Shown: piece by piece, positions 58,057-64,000 of the stretch
Numbering within the stretch: the first letter of the stretch is position 1
How the letters are laid out: the number at the start of each line of letters is the position of its first letter
Assembly: GCA_038087875.1 (NCBI GenBank)
Contig: CM075985.1
Coordinates: 13,764,001-13,828,000 of the forward strand
Direction: 5' to 3'
Length of the DNA stretch: 64,000 bases
DNA from: Malacoraja senta
Lineage: Eukaryota
Program-made: the position numbers and the translations under genes
The notes under the pieces: model-generated
The model's input: only the letters and a program-made list of their open reading frames with translations
Databases searched by the model: none
What the model was told of the DNA's origin: nothing

Positions 58057-59563
58057 ATTTTTTTAATTAAAAAAAATTCAGAATAAAAAATATGCCGCAC
58101 AAAAAAGCTGCAAAAAAAACCTCTTCATATATTCTCAGTGTCATACTCAGTAATGTTCGCACCTATCTTTAAAGAAAACACTCTTGCCACTCTTAGCCCT
58201 CTGAGCAGATATCCCATTTCTTATTTGAGAGGTTCCCCCAACACTCTCTCCCTCTCAATATCTGGCAGCTAAAGGATCTGAGATTGTGGTTCTCCCGCGC
58301 AGAGCCTTTGTGTTGGCTACACCAAACATCAATGCTTCTTTCAGCACGTATTTCTGTAGTCTAGAATTGGTTAGCCAGCAACATTCCTTGACAAACATCT
58401 CGCTGTGCTGGAAGGCCAACAAGTTTTGCACAGACCAAAGAGCGTCTTTCACTGAATTGATGGTCTTCTAGCAGCACCTGATGTCCATCTCCAAGTATTG
58501 GCTGGGAACAGCCCATAAATCAGAGAGTCCTCTGGAATGAACCGTGACAAGGACCCTTGCACGTCCTTCTCCATAATCACTTCACAAATCCACACTCTGC
58601 GAAGAGGTGGGAGATCATCTCTTCTCCATAGCAACCATCCCAAGGGTAGTGTGCATAGTTAGTAATACTCTAACTGGGAGGGCTCTTCTCACTACCAGCC
58701 AAGCAATATCTTGGTTGTTGGTGAGTTCTGGTGATGAGGCATTTTGCTAGACAAACTGGGCAGTCTACTCAGGAAACCTCCGCATCAAATCTGTCGAGTC
58801 CTTGTCCTGCAGAGCCTGCAGGATGTTCTGTGCTAACCACTTTGCCCACTTTGTCTGTGAATGTGCATTCTATGCTCTATGGTCCCATCGGACAATAGAG
58901 CATAGAACAGAACAGCACAAGTTCAGGGCCTTTAACTCACAATGTCTGTACTGAACATGATGCCAAGACTGTCACTTACCTACCTGCACGAAACCCATAT
59001 CCCTCCATTTGCTGCATATCCACATGCCTATACAAAAGTGTCTTAAATGCCACTTAATTATCTGCTTCAACTACCACATCAGGCAGCGTGATCTAGGCAC
59101 TCATCACCCTCTGTGTGTTTAAATCAACAACTTGCCCCACACATCTCCTTTAAACTTTGCCTCTCTTGCTTTCAAGGTATGCCTTTAGTATTTGAACCAG
59201 ATCCAACTTTCTTCCCCAGATACATTGAAAGATGGCCCAGGTGTTCATCAAGGCAGAGGAGCGGGAGACGAGCTGCACCTGCGCCAAGTACAGCAGCCCT
59301 GAGAGCAGCTCACACCCGATGACCAATCTTTTAACCAGTTATTGAGAAGCAATGCTGCTTTCACAGTCCCAATTTTTGTTTGACTTTGGCTATCTGCTCC
59401 AGTCAATTTTTGTTGCACACCTCGGCCCCTGTGAACCAGATCCCCAGCACCTTCAGTGAGTCAAACCTGACAGTAAAGGGGATGGACGATGCGGAAGAGC
59501 ATGGCCTTGTTCTTCCTGCAGTTTACTCTGATTCTTGATGCCAACTCAAAATGGTCACAGATC
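58057..59563 (-). mobile_element. Tx1/L1-like LINE 3' fragment with 13-bp TSD
   Basis: KDALWSVQNLLAFQH...CC.L..SRLQKYVLKEAL.FG and IPEDSLIYGLFP resemble Tx1-type ORF2 C-termini; T-rich tail at 58057; CCTTGACAATGAG at 58044-56 and 59564-76. Confidence 0.72.
58895..59195 (-). mobile_element. CR1 3' fragment nested in the Tx1-like element
   Basis: atagagcatagaacagaacagcacaagttcagggccttt tail, then ccatatccctccatt...tcttaaatg...caccctctgtgtg. Confidence 0.65.
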
Positions 59564-62500
59564 CCTTGACAATGAGTTTGGAAGAGAAGATGGTATTGAA
59601 CGCCAAGTTGTAGTCGATGAACAAACAGCCTTGCTTTCAATCGCTATATATTCTGTACCACAGTCCACACGGGATCAGGCATTCTCCCACTCTAAATAAA
59701 CCAAAACATGACAACTTCCTTGAACTTAACTCTTTTCTCTGGGCTTGAATATCAAAATATTTTAATTTCAATGTGATCATAGAAGCACTTGAAAAACTAT
59801 TATGCTTTAATGTAATGTGATAGTAGCTTTAAAGTCATTGGCTGATTGTTGCTGTTTTTGCTCTGCAGAAATCCATAATATTTAAGTCATAATAACTGAG
59901 CATAAATGTTTTTTTATGTATATAACTAAATAAATATGTATTTGTAACGTACAAACCATACTAATTTTCTGATCTTTCTTGCAAATCCATGAGGATTTAA
60001 GTCATTTAACAGTAAAATGCTGAATATTTTGTTTAGTGAATGCGATAGGTAATTTTATTGGCAATAGGAAAAGCACCTTGTGCCATTTATGTTTCTGTAC
60101 AATACGGTATTCCAGCTTTTATTTAAAGCTCACAAATGTTAAAGCATCATTGATTATAAATACCTGCGCTTATATTGTAGAATTACACTGAAAATGAAGG
60201 GCTTTTTTCAATAAAAGTAGTCAACAAATGTGTAACCAGCCTTGAACCATGTCTGCTGTAGCACGCAGATTTCCCTCTAATACTAACCAACAACATTCAG
60301 ACCAACTTTTTAATCCCTCACCCATTTTCCTCCTTTAAATAATAAAATTATGTTCCATTATAACAGCTGAAGCAAAACTTGCAGTCATGGGAAGAGGCTC
60401 ATCAGAGGAGACCTGGAACAGACAGATGACACAGAATATACCATAACGAGAGCTAACAAAGGGCGAGCTAGATTTTGATGAACAAGGTAGACAGCTAAGG
60501 AAGAGGTTACCTTGCAGCTTTCTAAACTGTACCATGAATGATAATGATTATGATTTAAACTTGGATGAATTCACAGCCTCTAGTAATGTAGCTCCCAGGA
60601 ATCTGTCAGTTACACTGAGTAATTTTCAGCCAATATTTTTACAGGCATCATAACAAATTTTGTAGATAATTTCCATCTCAAGGAATGACTTTTAAAATAA
60701 CTGTTATTTGTGTGTAATGCAGTCAGCAATTCAAAATATATGAAAAAAAACTTTCAATATATCCTACCTCTAAATTTACTGACAACGCCTTCAGCCATTT
60801 TTTTCCCTTTACCTTGGAATTCTTCTAAACCTCTTCTAACTTAATTACTTTCTGCATATTTAGAAATACCGGTTCAAAACCAAATTCCTTCATCATGCTT
60901 TCAATTGATTTCACTAAATTACTCACAAATATTGGATAGCATTTGTTCTTGTCTGCTTCGCTACATTTTGGGTGATAAGTAAAAACTGTGCAGTATTGTT
61001 GATGCAAAGCTTTGTATACGCTTGATTAGGTCAGACAATTATCAAATGAGAATTCATGAAAATACTTTGCAAGGCTATTTCCAGGTTTATGGAATAATAA
61101 TTGATTAACCAAGTTTTTCTTTTTGGTTAAGATGCAAGGAATATTTATTTTCTTCTCTCCTCACAATTTTAATTCAGAGGTATTTTGTATTGGTGGATTT
61201 ACGATTACTTCAGGGAACAATCTTGGATATAACAAGATTGATGAGTTTAAACTTCAATCAATTTATAATTTCAAGCATTTGGAATTCCACTGGAATTTGC
61301 TACTTTACTTGAGGATAGAAGGATAACTAATGAACACGAGTACTGGAGAGATAAAAGCCAAGAATTCCCAAAAGTTACACCAGTAATAGGGGATGTAATC
61401 TGAATTAGGATTAAAATTGGATTCGCCAAATCAATATCCCATTGCAAAAATATTGCTTTTCTTAGTAAATTGAAGAAAGCAGCTCCAAAGAATTTTAAAA
61501 CTGATTTTTAATGTTAATAATAACATTGTGTGCTCATGTCAGCATTTATGAATTTGTTCCTCCAAGCACAAATGAGAAAAGTATTTTACATACAGAATAC
61601 ACTTTACTTTCAAAAGGCAAAATTTTGTGCCATCAGTTTGATGCATGCCAGCAAATATGGATATCTCAAATTTGATCACTATTCACATTTTTCAAAACAA
61701 TTCATGGAGTCGAGTAGTAGAATTATGAAATGGAATTATTTTCCATGAAGAACAGTTAACACGGATGTTGTTATTATTTTTAGATTGCTTGAATTATTTA
61801 GGTTATAGATATTTTTCTTGATTTTTGAAAGTATTTTTTAACTGTTTGATTCATAAGAGCTTTGAAATGCTAAATCAGAACATTTAATATTTTAACACTG
61901 GCTAAATCAGGGCAGCGCTTAGCAACATGTCAAAGTTGGTCAGTAGTTTTGCCTGGCTTGTTCTTTAAAAAGTAAATTTAAGATTTATAAGCTGTAGCAC
62001 TAACAGTTGATTCAAAATGCATAACTGCTTTTAGGTTTATAAATATATGCTCCTGATTCAACATTAATGAGCAATTACCATATACAAGTTTCAAAATGAT
62101 ATTTAATGAATAAATATCTCTTTACAAGCATCTGGTTAGCTCATATTTATTATTTTAATATATATTTCTATACACAATTTAAATGAATAAAACTGGATCC
62201 CTTAATTCTAAAAGAACAACATTTGTGATTTAAAGCAATATTATCTGCTTGGTAGACACTCATGTGAAACAATTTGCTTCCAGCAGCAATAAGCTGTGTA
62301 TACACAAAGACATTTTCACTTTCACTCCATTGCACCTGTCAACTCATTTCTAGAGATTAAGTGCTTTTATTAGAAAAGGACAAGGCACATTAAATGATCC
62401 TAAGTGAGAATCTATTTTTCAGTAAAAACAGCAAACTCCTAGAAGTAATTTCCCCGTCTAATGAGCTATCTTTGTGCAGGGAAGACAATCTGATGAAAAG

Positions 62501-63269
62501 CAATTATTTTCAATGAATTACACAAAAATTTCTGAAGAATTATACGACCTATGTCATGAGATTTGAGTAGCGTTTGGCATTAACACGTCAGGGTGAGCAT
62601 CTGAGATCTTTCCCTTTCCATTGCTGAACTATGCTAAAAGTTTGACTACTTTTTTGGAACAAATCCCAACTCGTGTGACTATATTTTCAATCAATTTCTG
62701 CAATACAAACACTAATTTAAATAAAATGAATGCAGGTATTACAAACAATTATGTTTTTGACCTTAGATTTGCAGCCTTTCGATTGCATTGCCTCTATTTG
62801 CTCAAAATGTATCACTCCCCACTTCACTGCAATAAATTCCATCTGACACAAACTTGTCTTGGAAACCCTCTCTTCTCCCTATCATTGTTCTTTCACCATT
62901 TATTACAATTCCAAATCCTACATATAAAATGCTAATTTTAAATGTGCTCTTTACACTCAATTTCTTCATTGAATTATATCATTAAATGCCATGATATCAT
63001 CCTCGTACCAATATGCTCCCTGTTTCCTATCTACAAGCCAGTTATGTATTAATATCTCAGTTACTTTTAAACTGAAGATCGAAAGTCACAAAAAAGATCA
63101 CCACGATTTTGGCATCAGCCGTGTTGACCAGCTGCATCAGTTTTGATCAAATAATTAAAGCAGAGGGAAATTGAGTACACATGTAATAAAAATATGTAAA
63201 ACATGTATTTGGAGCATAGAAGATAGAACGTACAAAATATTTTGAGCAGTACTGTGATGCAGAGCTACT

Positions 63270-63395
63270 CCTGTTCCTTGCGGAGTTTTCACATTCTCCC
63301 TGTGACTGCATGGTTTCTGCAGGGTGTGCCAGTTTGATCCCGAATCCCTATGAAATGCTGGTAGGTTAATTGGCTGCAATAAATTATCCTTTAAT
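63270..63395 (+). mobile_element. V-SINE core remnant
   Basis: ggagttttcacattctccctgtgactgcatggtttc...ggtaggttaattggctg. Confidence 0.6.
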
Positions 63396-63419
63396 GTACA
63401 TAAATAAAAGTAACCAAAC

Positions 63420-63580
63420 ACCATAGAATATAGGAGCAGAATTAGGCCATTCGGCCCACCGAGTCTGCTCTTCCATTTGATCATGGCTGATGTATTTTTC
63501 CCTCAGCCACATTCTCCTGCCTTTTCCCCGTAACCTTTGACACCCTTACCAATCAAGAACCTATCAGTCTCTGCTTTAAG
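63420..63580 (-). mobile_element. CR1 LINE 3' end fragment
   Basis: cataga atataggagcagaattaggccattcggccc...tctcctgccttttccccgtaacctttgacacc; same family as the 21540-21750 tail. Confidence 0.8.
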
Positions 63581-64000
63581 GAGAATTGATGGGCATGTAA
63601 GAGAAAATAAATTTTTGGGCTTCTGGGAAATAAGAACAAAGGGAAAAGCATTGATAAGATTGCGCTGCTGGGAGCTGGCGTAGACTCGAGCATTTGATGC
63701 ACTCAAGGATTTGATGGACTGAATGGCCACCTTCTGTGTTGTAATTAGTGAGTAAATAAATCCATGGTTCTGGAACCACTGGGACAGAGGAAGTAAGAAT
63801 GTCAATATTATGGAAGTTTGGTTCATTTCCCATTTTGAGGATCAGAGAAAGGTTTTGTAGAATCATTGCACCGGAAATTGGATAAGGCGGGACTACTACT
63901 ATAGTAAATGTGCATGGTCTGTGGAAGAAGTAGGCATGTTGACCTTTCGTGCCTTACATTCCAAAAATAATACTGCATGACTGATGGCAAATCTTTTCTT

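Larger units (their letters stand above)
56955..59630 (-). mobile_element. Decayed Rex1-like LINE, interrupted by a Tx1/L1-like insertion
   Basis: Minus-strand remnants LTISTGAPQGCLLRPLLYSLYT, DFRKG, NDLALNISKT; resumes at 59577 with LFIDYNLAFNTI. Confidence 0.72.

Noticed and set aside
54332-64000. RELN second coding exon
   Set aside because: I found no sequence encoding the expected continuation (VTISTSTFFDGLLVTGLY-like); it probably lies beyond the window.

Overview
AT-rich, intron-dominated vertebrate genomic DNA. The repeat content (HE1-type V-SINEs, CR1, Rex1/Babar, Penelope-like elements) points to a cartilaginous fish, probably a skate or ray (inference). The + strand carries 12 coding exons of ORC5 (equivalent to exons 3-14, 808..46342; 381 aa plus stop, all GT-AG and phase-consistent). 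About 7.8 kb downstream is the first coding exon of reelin (RELN, 54103..54331), then the start of its intron, the same ORC5->RELN order as in human. The rest is transposable elements. These include a young 5'-truncated Rex1/Babar LINE with an unbroken 759-aa ORF, CR1/RTE/Tx1/Rex1 fragments, Penelope GIY-YIG fragments, pogo/Tc2-like and Harbinger-like MITEs, a non-autonomous Helitron and an unclassified TIR element carrying a coding-like segment. Three observations stand out. (1) About 10 copies of a minimal hammerhead-ribozyme motif sit in short Penelope-derived elements that insert on their own with 10-16 bp target-site duplications, sometimes as long palindromes. (2) The RELN ATG exon has no CpG island and is preceded by a strong branch point/3' splice site. 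(3) The TIR element carries a GC3-rich, Kozak-initiated segment that I cannot assign to a protein. All calls were made by eye, with no database searches.
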